The notes beneath the pieces are model-generated. The model was given only the letters and a program-made list of their open reading frames with translations, made no database searches and had not been told where the DNA came from. A stretch of 20,000 bases of DNA from Spirogloea muscicola (taxonomy: Eukaryota), in assembly GCA_009602725.1 (NCBI GenBank), contig WELB01000019.1, positions 973,432 through 993,431 on the forward strand, given 5' to 3'. The translations under genes and the position numbers were made by a program. Each line of letters begins with the position of its first letter. Position 1 is the stretch's first letter. This document shows positions 1 to 20,000 of this stretch, in pieces.

Positions 1-377
1 GCGGCCAGGCGCATCGGGCGGCCGGCAGGCGCCCGCGACACGGGGGCGGCCCGTGCCCTCGCCGTTCCTGCGCCGTTTCAAAAGGAACTGCCGATGCTCG
101 GATGTGGCTGCAAGTAAAACTGCCATTTTGTAGATACTTGTACATTGACACGGACAGCTAGTAAACAGTCCGACAAATAGAGAACCTGTGTCCCCGACAA
201 CGAGCCTCGGCTTCCGCAAGACCGTACGGGAAAGAATGGTTTCTCAGTTTTGGTGGTTTGGAGAGAATCGAACCCTTGACCGCAAAGAATCGAACCCTCG
301 CCCTAGCCCGCGCAAGGCGCGCCACCCGCCCCGCCGCGACGCCCGCCGCGGAACCCGGCGCGCGCCGCGGGGCCCGG

Positions 378-417
378 NNNNNNNNNNNNNNNNNNNNNNN
401 NNNNNNNNNNNNNNNNN
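378..417. other. Assembly gap (40 N) covering the probable RVE start codon
   Basis: Run of N inside very GC-rich sequence. Confidence 0.99.
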
Positions 418-3307
418 GGCGTCGGCGGGCGGCGGCGGCGGCGCCGGCGGCGGTGGCGGCGGCAGCGGAAGCGGCGCCGAGGAGGACTCGGCGAAGAAGA
501 TCAGGAAGCCATACACCATCACCAAGTCGCGCGAGAGCTGGACCGAGCAGGAGCACGACAAGTTCCTGGAGGCGCTGCACCTGTGAGTCGCAGCCCCGTG
601 GCCGCAGGTTCGCGCCATGGCGGCGGTGCCGTCGTGCCGTGCGGCGCAGCCTCGGGACGGCGGCCTCCACAGATAGCTTCGATCATGGCGCTCCAGACCA
701 TGGTGCTCCAGACCCCGGGCATCGCTCGTGGCTGTCGCGGCCGCGCCGCCCGAGGAGCGCAGAGACGCATGGCATAAGGTCTAACGCTGCTGCACATGCG
801 GCGCAGGTTCGACCGGGATTGGAAAAAGATTGAGGCCTTCATAGGGTCCAAGACCGTCATCCAGGTCAGCCTATGCTGCTGGGGCGACCAGCATCGTCCG
901 TTTCACGGCAGCCCTGCTTTGGCGTTCACATACTGCTGGATAATGCCAGGTGTCAGGCTCCAATCCAGTGGGCCCTAGCAGGATGTATTATGTCTTGTGC
1001 AGATTGTTGACTCTCACCACGGCGGTGCAACCTCTGCAAATGTGCAGATTCGTAGCCACGCCCAGAAGTACTTTCTCAAGGTCCAGAAGGCCGGCACTGG
1101 CGAGCATGTTCCGCCTCCCAGGCCCAAGCGCAAATCTTCTCAGCCGTATCCGCAGAAAGCTATCAAGGCTGGTGAGCCCCTGACCCTTCGGCATTCCCAG
1201 GCCCTTCAGCACTCTCAGCATCTTGGAGGCCAAGTTACATGAGACTCCCAGACGTCAATTTTCGGTTGCTCCGTTATCCTCCCGACAAAGAGTTAGTAGC
1301 AAGCATGAACATTGCCGGTGCACTTGAGTTGGAATCGTGGTCTGCTGCTGCATGCTCGTAGCTTCTTAAAGCTTTCAGGAATGAACATAAGAAGCTATCA
1401 GGAATGAACTAATTGATGCCGTAGCTTGGGCGAATATCATTTGGGTTTCCAAGAAAACTATGCTATGTCAGCAATTGATTGCATTCATAGCACATTGGTG
1501 ATGTTCTTTACGAGTCCCTGTCTAGGCTGGTCATCTGACATCAGTGGCATCATTACTGACCCTCCATCACCCTGCCTGTGGTCCTGTGCGCTGACATGGG
1601 TCAGCATCCTCCTCCTCCACAGCGGCCCCGCCACTGTCCTCGCAGCAGCATATTCCCCACCAGATGGTGGGGCCCAACTCGCCGGTGGCAAGTGGGTCAT
1701 ATCCGAGGGGCCAGCATCCCTATCTCATCAATGGCTCCAACATGTCCATGGCAACCTCCACTGGGTCGACATGGTTGCACCATGGGGGTGCATCTCCTGA
1801 CCCCTTCGGTTACGCGTCTGCTGATGGTCAGCACCTCATGAGCATCCTTGTAGCATCCTTGAGCATGCAAAGGCTATCACTTGTTGCGTACTTGTGGGAG
1901 ATGCGTTCTCTTCCATTGCAACATCACCGAGCTCTACACCATGCTGCTACCACATCTTGGCCCAAATTTGCTTAAAGTGTACGTCTGACCCTTTCTGAGT
2001 CCTGCAAATACTAATCGGCTCATTGCTTTGCAGGCGTCACAAGTGGATACACGGGACCGACTAATATGGATGTGTCTATGGGGGGAGCACGGAGTCACAG
2101 TCTCAGCAGCGGAGCGTCCAGCATGTGGCCGCAACAGGTAATGCAGAAAGTGCTTTTCTTAAGAATTGCGGGCGTGATGGACCGACTCTGTTGCTTAATC
2201 TCTCGGTTTGTGACTCTTCATGACAGGCTGGTCATGTCCACATCACATTCTTGCTGACACAGTGCAATTCATGTGACATCTTGCAGGTCTTACGAACAGA
2301 AGTGACCGGAATAGAGTCTTCCGCTCGAGGTAAGTGATTACCTTGCCTTGCTCATCCTAGTTGAAATGCCTGACCTGGAACATGGACTTGCACTTGCCTA
2401 AGTCGATGAAGTGTCTTACACTCCGTTTGTGACATTTGCAGCAACACCGAATTTTGCGGACGTCTATAATTTCATTGGCGATGTCTTTGATCCGTCCAAG
2501 CAGCAGCGAAGCCATCTAAGAAGTTTACAGGAGATGGCTGCTATTGATCGGGAGACGGTATGTTCTTCAGTGGACTAAGTCATGCTCCTGACATTTCTTG
2601 ATCCCTGCTCCCTGCACATATCTGCATCAGTTTACATGGAGTGGATGTCAGGCACTTGCATGACTGACAGTCCTTTGAACATGCAGGTGCTTCTCCTTAT
2701 GAAGAATCTGACAATAAACCTTTCCAGTCCAGACTTTGAGGAACAAGTGGGTACTCCAACATCCTTGGCAAAGCTGCCTGTTCAGTATGCTCTTGTCATT
2801 GATTACTTTCGCATTCCTTCGGGAGCCTAATTCGCAGGATGCAGTGCATGCGAGTCACAGTGCTCTTTGTGACACGTCTTGTCATGGCCTCATTTTGCAG
2901 CGGCTTTTCCTATCAGTGTATGATAGCAATGTCAGTCCCACATCACGGGGTGTCGCGCAGGGCAGCCATGCAGGTGTTGAGAGCCCTGGCACCAGGGTGA
3001 GTGCAAATAGAAGCTCCAGGAATGTCTGACATACCTTTGGCACACCTTACATTTGCTATATTTCATATGCCGCAAGCTCACTTAAATCTGCAGTGTTTGA
3101 CCCACTCCAATCAACGAGCCTGATGCATGTTTGAGGGTGTGGCAGGATGGTTTGGACCACGCTAGCGTGCACCTGCGACTTTGTGACCCACTTGTCATGC
3201 AAGAATCTCAAGATGGCGCGGCGGACATGGAGTGCCCGCCAATGGCAACCTGCTTGGCCCTGGAGCTACCCAGAGACTCCATCAAGCTGGAAATGCTGGA
3301 GACATGA
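416..3307 (+). CDS. RVE6: REVEILLE/LCL-clade single-MYB (SHAQKYF) circadian transcription factor, RVE6/RVE8-like; 10 exons, about 377 aa if the ATG is at 416
   Basis: Exons with GT-AG boundaries and consistent phases: ~416-582, 807-864, 1048-1171, 1623-1826, 2034-2137, 2287-2329, 2442-2557, 2687-2746, 2901-2996, 3146-3307 (TGA). The spliced product reads [82 protein letters not shown]. It also carries the C-terminal LCL domain [16 protein letters not shown]...[31 protein letters not shown]. The start lies in the N gap 378-417, where the in-frame codon 416-418 is NNG. The middle exons and the last exon are supported by splice signals and phase only. The exact paralog name is a best guess from recalled motifs. 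Confidence 0.93.
491..1143 (+). other. MYB-like SHAQKYF DNA-binding domain plus PPPRPKRK motif (exons 1-3 of the RVE gene)
   Basis: Translation across introns 583-806 and 865-1047 gives the CCA1/LHY/RVE signature [14 protein letters not shown]...SHAQKYF...PPPRPKRK. Confidence 0.95.
2442..2746 (+). other. LCL domain (exons 7-8 of the RVE gene)
   Basis: [59 protein letters not shown] matches the C-terminal domain that defines the RVE3/4/5/6/8 clade. Exon 2442-2557 is absent from the ORF track. Confidence 0.9.
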
Positions 3308-4458
3308 CAGCTGTGATCCATGCCTTCGAGCAATCGGCATGGACATACCCAGAGATACAAGTCAATGGCACAGATACCCAGGCCTTTTGAATTCAACAGG
3401 TGGTGCAGGAAGCTGTCCCAGCTGGTGCTTGATACAGACAGTGTTTCCTTAAGATGGACTGATATTCCAGTTAGCTGTCGAGGGGCTGTCCGAGGTGCAG
3501 GGCTACGGAAGTGCTGTCCAGGCCTATGCAACTTTCCGCTCTGTGTGGACGTGCTGTCTGCAGGCGGTGGCTCGGAGTTGTGGTGACTGATATGGTCGTT
3601 GTAGGCAGAGGTTACAGGATGCTGTATATTATCTCTGGCTGTACTGCGTGCTGCAGCAGATGCCAGATATCTGTGAATTCTTTTATTTATGCTTACACAT
3701 ACTTAATCCTCTCTGTAACATACTTGCCATTGCAACATGCTGAGCTGGAATTTCTTGGGCAATGTATTCATGCTGAAATTGCATGTTGTGGGCGGCCTTG
3801 ACGGATGTCAGGTATGGACATCAAATAGTGGTTGCCTTGGGCTGCTGCACTCTGCTTGTGCAGCTATGAGTCCGCTTAGCCAAGAACCTCGACCTAAGGG
3901 CCAGTTCTTCTGCAGGTAAACATCAAGCGAGAGCAGCAGTGAGTGGCTTGCATTAAAATGGTGCAACAGCTCTTCCAATACAAGGCAGGGGCTGTGAATA
4001 GCCAGCCCGAAAAGAAGAGGGTATTATCCAAATACATCTGCGTACATAGTAAAGGTGGTGCTTAACACCGTCAACACGACACAGTACCGCAGGCCCTTGG
4101 GCGTGGAAGGAATCTGCAGCCTCCAGCCCCGCTCTGTGAGCAGCACCCATGTGCATCAAGTAATTACTTGATGCATATTCGCTTCCGGTTACTTGAATGA
4201 AGCTCTTTACAACCAGAGTGGCCGAGCTCGCTCTTTTTTGTACTTGGCCATTTGGCCTACATTTGTTTCTTATGCACGGAATTTCCCTTCCGCTTTAAGG
4301 ACAGCTGCAGCCTATGCAATGAAATAGTGCGGCGTGAGTGCAGCCGACGTTTTCAGGAGGACTACTCTTTGCCGCTCCGCTTACTGGACGTGCACGCCAG
4401 ATTACCTCTGTATGCACTCGGCTGGCTTTCACACCCGCCGTTGTTATCAGCAGCTGCA

Positions 4459-4474
4459 CTCTCTCTCTCTCTCT
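4459..4474. repeat. (CT)8 microsatellite upstream of KEA
   Basis: ctctctctctctctct read directly. Confidence 0.85.
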
Positions 4475-4801
4475 TAATCGTCAGAACACGTTTGCTCGTG
4501 AATGAGTAAATCGATTTACCCTGCATCCAACTGCTTTGCGGTCTCGTAGACTGGCTCCTCAAGCCAACAACTAAGCACCATTTACACTATCCCTCTAGTT
4601 CTGGATCACAACCATCGCTATCTACTGGAAGAGTCTTTCTGGACACCTGGGGCCCCCACAGGCTCCCTAGCAATCCTCCAGGTTGGCTGCCGTGAAGCCA
4701 GTGTGTAACTGAGACGGTGGTGTGAACTCCAGGATGAGGGCCCCGTTAACCTAACGGTATTCTTAACAGTGGGTCGAGTTGCTGCACAGTCACTTGGCGC
4801 A

Positions 4802-4803
<2 letters not shown>

Positions 4804-4839
<36 letters not shown>
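4804..4839. repeat. (GCC)12 trinucleotide microsatellite in the probable KEA 5' leader
   Basis: 12 perfect GCC units that end immediately before the ATG at 4840. Confidence 0.95.
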
Positions 4840-4840
<1 letters not shown>

Positions 4841-4891
4841 TGACCGCCGGCGCGAGCGAGCGGGCGAGCTAGCGGAAGCTGCGGGGGCGGG

Positions 4892-14348
<9,457 letters not shown>

Positions 14349-15527
14349 GCAGCAGCAGGACGAAGCAAGGGCAGCCCCCTCAGAACACTGCGCTTGCTTA
14401 TTTTTGTGGAGTGGGTCACTAACATAGCGGATCATGCGCATTCGGCTGTGGGCCTGAAGCTCTGGCTCTGACTTAAGGCTCACAGCTTAAGTGTGAGTTT
14501 CTTTCCATTAACATTGGGAGGGCCTGTCCTGAATTGCATCTCCCCACTTGCGGGAGGACAAGGCTGCATACTTTTATTGCTTGCAGGCACACAGCCTAGC
14601 ACCACACAATTACTGCAGACAGCAGTTACAGTACCTGGTAATGGCGCTACAGCAAATGATTGATGCACCATGGCCTGCCCTGTAGCCGCCGCAGTAGATC
14701 ACGTGTACAGAAGTTTTGGGCTTAGTCGCGGAAGCCTTGGCAAGCCTGCGGATACAGACAGAGCTGTGGAGGAGGAAGGCAATGTGTACTGACTCAAAGA
14801 ATGTTCACAACATGAAAGTTCAGCTGGTCAGCTAAGCCAAGCACTACTATACCAACTTAGATTGATTGGGTGCTTAGGACCAGCTTCGCTGCAAAGCATC
14901 AGTCGTCTCACCTACCCCAAGGTGTGGCCTTCTGAGGCTCTCGAGGGCACAAGTGCTTGCAGAGTGCCCAGATAAGACATTTTGCAGCTCAACTTTGTAT
15001 CTCTTAGCAGACACGTCTCTAAGCAGACATAAGAGTGTATCCAAATTGCCACTGAGCTTCCTCAGTGGTCAGCTTTTGGGTGTGTCGTTCCAACTGTGCT
15101 TCATGGGCTCAACTGCATGGTTGCCTGCAGCGGCATACACTGAACAGGGTGGGCAAAAGTTGAGTCGGTATAGTCGCCAGACGCTGCAATGGTGTCTGGC
15201 AACTCTTCTTGTGAATAGCTGGCCAGTCAGATATACCTATATCTATGCACATTGGACATGCTCTCTTCAATACAAGTGCTTCAGATACGAAATGGATACA
15301 GCTGATGAGTCAACACATGCCGTACTTTAGTTGACAGGTATGAGGAAGGAAAGCCAATGAGGGAGTCAATGTCATGAACACTGCCGAGAAGAAGCTAGCA
15401 ATTGTGCTAGCTTGCAGTCTGCTGGCAAGGTATACACAAGCTTCACAAATTTAGACAGTATGGCAATAAACGAATGCAGTAAAGGTGTTTTCTCAGTGTC
15501 AATGAGCAACAAAGCGCTCCTCTGATA

Positions 15528-18500
15528 TCATGACGTTGCCCCGGTAAATCCGCTGTGGAGCTGCTTCATGAAGTACTTGGAGCCGCGATTTGGGTTGATT
15601 CGCTTGCACCGCTCCTCAGGAATGATGCCACAACTATCGCACTGCTCAAAGCCCCGCTGCTTGAACCCGCCCATCAAATTCCCATGATATTGTTACACTC
15701 CAATTGTACAACAAAGCAGCAGTCGAGTACAAGCTTTCAAGGTCCAAGGTGCGCCAGTCTCTGCATACAGCTTGCTTCATACTTTGACGCAAAGTGTAGA
15801 TGAAGCCTAGACTCCTGGGCTCACCAGTCGGCTGTGCGAGTTGTGAGCAGGAAAAGGTGGTCCAACCACAGCGATGGCCTTCTTTTCAAGGTAATCTGTG
15901 TAGAAAAGGGTCCACTACACGATGTGAGAAGCTAGTCAGCTATTTGCTGCATCACAGACTACCTGGCACTAGCAAGAATTGGTGGCATAGATTGCAGGAC
16001 GCACAGCAGTATCTACAAAGGCACTTGATTGACAATTTGGTGCTCCGAGGTCAGGGCGCTGACGACAAGTACCAAGAAGGGTGTCGCCGAGGCCCTGGCC
16101 GCGGCACTCCGGGGAGACGGCAAACGCAGCCACCTCTGCGCACTTGTGGTCTTCATATGGTAGCAGGGCTGCACAGGCAATGATGTGGCCCTCCCTTTCG
16201 ACGACAGTGAAGCCGTCGAGCTCCCGCTTGATCTGCTCCCACCAAGACGGGAGTCAGAGGAGCAGTCCAGCAAAAGCAAGCCGACTACAAGCACAGAACT
16301 AAGTTGTAATATTCATGTTGTGTGAGGGGAGTCTGAAGGTGGCATAGGTCCATCTCTTGGTGACTTGTAGGGTGTTTGACGCTGTAGACATCCATCATAT
16401 GGCAGGGTTGTGTAGCCCTGATTGAACAAGCATGTGACATGTTCCTGATCAATCATCAGAGCTGCCTGCCAGTGAGCAGGTTTGCCGCCATGGACGGGGG
16501 CCTTAATTGGTCTTTACGTCAAGATAATGGACAATGTCTACAATTTGCAATCGACTAAAAAGATCTTCTCAGTATCAGTTGGGAGTACTGCATCCATGCA
16601 CCCCATCAGGAGGGTGTGATGGAGGATAACAAAAGAGCCCGTGCACAGTGAGGCTGCACAGCAATGTGGGCATGTGTCTAGCTAGCATTTCCAGGGCACT
16701 CATGCTATGCCTTGTGTTATTTCAGGCACCTGGGCTAAACCTAGGGGTGGACTCAACGTTCCCCTAAGCTGCAGCCAGGATGCGGGCTAAGACCTGTTCC
16801 TTGGGCCGGTGGACAAGGACGCCCTCCTCCTCCAGCGGCTTAAGGAGCGCACTGATCCCAGAGACGTCTCGTGCCCGCGCCGGTCGCACGCCCTCGTATG
16901 AGTCACTGGAGGCCAAAATGTTGAAAGCATGTTATAAGTGTCGAGGTCATGAGATACATTACAGGTTCTAGAGGATACAGCTTTACACATTACAGGTAGG
17001 GCGTGCCCAGAATGCTGATGTTGACTGATGCTACGGTGAAGATTACGGGTATGTGTACTTCACCAAGTGATAATTTTGGCCAATAAGAGCTAGGAAAAGT
17101 AGTACCTTGACACCATGCAGCCAGAACCATCCCGCGTGTAGAGTTCCAGAAGGAGGACACCCTCAACATTGCTGTCTAAAAGGTGCACCCTCCTAACGCC
17201 ATTCTGGAGAAGTCGGCCAAAGGAGGACACCGTCAACACGGCAACCCAGTTGTCATCAACACCAAGCTCCATTATGCCACAGCTTCATACCCAGTATCAC
17301 AGTCAGCATGCAGATTCCATAACCTCCTTGTATTGCAAGCTGGTCTTGACTGTCTTGCACAGGAGAGCTATCCCATGACTCTGCTGTAGTCTCAGCAGTG
17401 GATTTTGAAAGTTCTCACTACTTATGAAGTGCTCTGATTGCTCAAGCGTAGCGAATTGCCAGGAGTACCATTTCGGGCAGGGATGCATGTCTTACTCTGC
17501 AGGCGAAGACTGCGGCGGCCATCTCTGACAGGTATCCAAAAGTGCGGTCGTACCGCTCCTCGCCTCCAACTGCAATCCCCCGCCTCGGCAACGGCGTGCA
17601 AGGCTTGCCGTTGCTTTCCTGGTGGTTGTGCTTCTCGTCATCCGAGCGGTTGCCGTTCTCCCCGCCCCAGAAGCTCCGGCCATTGCCGTGGAAGCGAACG
17701 TGGTCCACGCCGTTGCTGCCGCTGCTCCACTGGGAGGCCGCCGGCTGCTCATGAGGTCCGCTGAGTGCCTTACTGCTGAGCCCAAGGCTCCTCAGGTAGT
17801 CCGCTCCGGCTGCGGCCTTCACGTAATCAGCGGCTGCAAGAGCCGCAAAAGACTGTCACTTCCCACGCTGTTACATACACTTTGAGCATGCACCACTGTT
17901 ACCACAGAAGGAGAGGAGGAGAACCAGAGGAAAGCTCACCAACATACGACTGCGAGGCACGGGCCCGGATGAGCTGGTCCGCCTCGTGCAGGGTCATCCA
18001 GCGCAGGAGCCGCTTGCGCTCGTCCAGCATGGGACCATCCAGGAGGCAGATGAGCTTGTCCGCTCCCAGCGCCACAGCGCACGCCGTCGCAACCTCGTAC
18101 GTGCTGTTGAGGAGTGGTAGTATTGACCGTCAACAGATTGTACTAAGCCAAACACTCAATTACGGCCTGGCAGAGTGGCCTTCAGAATGAAAAGAGGATG
18201 ACATTGACAATAAGCACAGACGAATTGGTGGTTATGTTGTCAGACTCGCGGCTATTTTCAATAGATTTTGAATCACAAGGCTGTTCTAGAGCTGCCAGAA
18301 ACTTACTTGCAGTTGAGCACCTCTCCAGTAGGAGAGTACCCAAGGTTGGACAGCATGACGATGCAATTGTCGTTGAGCCGCTCGCGAATGCGGGCCACAT
18401 CCACCTTCTTGACCTCGCCAGTTGCACCGAAGTCGACGCCGTCCACCACACCTTTCCTCTGCACACCAGCCCATATGCTGCTGCCAGCGTCACTGTTGCT

Positions 18501-20000
18501 CGACAAGTGACCAGGAGCTTGGGAATCTATAGGGTAGAAGTCCTGCTGCCATAGGACAAGCTTGTAGGTGTGCATACCTTAGCGCTCATCGTGCTGACAT
18601 TCATACGCTTTCTACGATCTGCATGTTGGGACTCCACAAGCCTTTAAGCTTACTGTGCCCACAAAGCATGGAGCTTTAGTCCTCCAAGAGTGCAACGTGC
18701 TCAAGCAGGCACCTTGGCAGCCACGTAATTGCCGCTGGTGATGCTGACGCCGACCTCGTGCCACCGGTCGCTCTCGCCGTGCCTCCGCAGCACCGGGATG
18801 GAGGGCCCGCGCGACAGGCGGGCCTCCATGTCGATGCGAATCCTGCCGGCGCACTCCATGGCCGCCTCCAGGGCCTCGTCGTCCGTTATCCTGTGTGCGC
18901 CATGTGATCTCGACTCAACTCCCTTTTCCTGAAACAGCACAAGATAGCGACCAACTCATGAGATCCAGCGCGATCTTAAGTCCGAGTCGCAGTGACCTCG
19001 TTGCGATCGCCCAGCCACTCTCCTTTTTACTGAGGAGGAATACTTACATTGCAGGGATGCTATTCGCGAGCCATACAACGAGCAATGTGGCGGGTATGAA
19101 TGGCATCAAAAGCTTGCGTGCATTGGGTCGTCATGAGGATTTATCATCCAGATTGCACTTGATTTTGATTTCACTGTGCAAAGCTTCCTGCTACTGGGTT
19201 TCATCCATTCCCTTCAATGTACTGCAGTAGCAGGGATAAGCTGCCAAGCCATATCCAGAGGTGCCGACATGAATGGGGTTTAATGCTTGCCTGTAGCAAT
19301 TCGTCAATTTGCAGATGTGTGCCCGGCACGAGGACAATCTTGATGCCGAGGCCGTGCAGGAGCGCAACGTCCTGCAGAGGAGGAGGCACCAAGGCGCCCG
19401 GCATAAGCTTCAAAGCTGCCGCAGTAATAGCTCCTCAATGCGGCTGTCTTGCAGCACTTTCTCCATAACAGAAGCTCACGGCAGCACGATAACATCTGCT
19501 GAGGCTTGCAGAATGCAGTCAAGAATATGTTCAATGTGATAATTGTTGTCTACTTAAGTTATCATTGATACCAGCTTATGGCTTGATTGCTATGTACTTA
19601 GCAATACAATCACAAAGTCTATGTTCCTGTGTACAGCCAAAGGTAAGCACCATCGGTGAGTGGCGAACCTGAAGTATCCTGTCCCTTAGGTGGCGGTCCG
19701 CGGCGACCTCGCCGGGAATGACCAGCACGAGCGTGCTGCCGCGGTGGCCCTGGATGTACGGCCACGCCTGCCGGAACCAGAGCACGAAGTCGAACTGGCG
19801 GGCGTCCGCCCCGGCGGCGGTCTCGGCGGACTGCCATGTCCGCGGCTTGATGGACTGCGACGCCACGGCCAGCGGCCGCTGCTGCCGCCGCCGCCCGCCG
19901 TTGTTGCCGAGCTGGCCCAAGGCGGCACCGGCGTGCGAAGCCGGGGCTCGGCCGGACGTCGACGGTGCCGCCGCGGCGCAGTGCTGCCGGAGGCGCTCCG
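15528..20000 (-). CDS. NAGS1: Plastid N-acetylglutamate synthase (amino-acid N-acetyltransferase, ArgA-type AAK + GNAT domains); 5'-partial; the 3' end carries a frameshift and a broken acceptor, so it may be a pseudogene
   Basis: 11 exons on the - strand: >20000-19669, 19371-19291, 18928-18713, 18458-18307, 18103-17940, 17833-17496, 17203-17106, 16905-16794, 16232-16073, 15895-15825, 15666-15528 (TGA). Motifs: FVLWFRQAWPYIQGHRGSTLVLVIPGE, DVALLHGLGIKIVLVPGTH, GNYVAAKRKGVVDGVDFGATGEVKK, SNLGYSPTGEVLNCNTYEVATACAVALGADKLI, GVRRVHLLD...LLLELYTRDG, VVEREGHIIACAAL...EVAAFAVSPECRGQGLGD, LFLLTTRTADWF, RINPNRGSKYFMK. The frame is open to the window edge through an Ala/Arg/Ser-rich, transit-peptide-like segment. 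Confidence 0.93.

Noticed and set aside
1..70. GC-rich window edge with a - strand ATG at 14-12, possibly a divergent gene start
   Set aside because: Too little sequence in the window to support it.
220..320. tRNA gene on the - strand suggested by GGTTCGATTC
   Set aside because: No acceptor, D or anticodon stems could be formed. Kept only as a motif-level observation.
158..860. Several overlapping 110-190 aa ORFs on both strands
   Set aside because: Stop-poor GC-rich sequence plus an N gap. Only the frame encoding the MYB exon has recognisable content.
3308..4600. Short ORFs between RVE and KEA (e.g. 3953-4159 on -, 4252-4509 on +)
   Set aside because: No recognisable domain or coherent exon chain. 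Probably 3' UTR and intergenic DNA.
14349..15527. 125-aa ORF at 14953-15330 between the convergent KEA and NAGS 3' ends
   Set aside because: GTG start, no motif, UTR-like composition.
16730..16778. Possible hairpin in a NAGS intron (tagggg...ccccta with outer ctgggct...agccag)
   Set aside because: Stems are only about 6 bp and interrupted, which is expected by chance. No ncRNA or MITE hallmarks.

Overview
Intron-rich eukaryotic nuclear DNA. The gene content and intron positions point to a streptophyte plant or alga (inference). The window holds three multi-exon genes, rebuilt by hand from splice sites and protein motifs. (1) A + strand REVEILLE clock factor of the LCL clade (RVE3/4/5/6/8 type, single SHAQKYF MYB) at about 416-3307, whose start codon falls in an N gap. 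(2) A + strand chloroplast-envelope K+/H+ antiporter of the KEA1/2 type at about 5031-14348, with 29 exons and about 1200 codons. Its 5' end is hidden by an N gap followed by 123 A. (3) A - strand plastid N-acetylglutamate synthase (NAGS) at 15528->20000, convergent with KEA and starting outside the window. The most notable observation is in the NAGS acetyltransferase domain. One exon is 2 nt short (a frameshift) and the next splice acceptor reads CGG instead of CAG. The first AG acceptors downstream lie 7 and 10 nt further on and would exactly restore the frame. There is also one well-supported GC-AG intron in NAGS, a probable one in KEA, and a Kozak-context uORF behind a (GCC)12 tract. I found no mobile element, RNA gene or CRISPR array. 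Most ORFs in the supplied track are exon fragments or noise.
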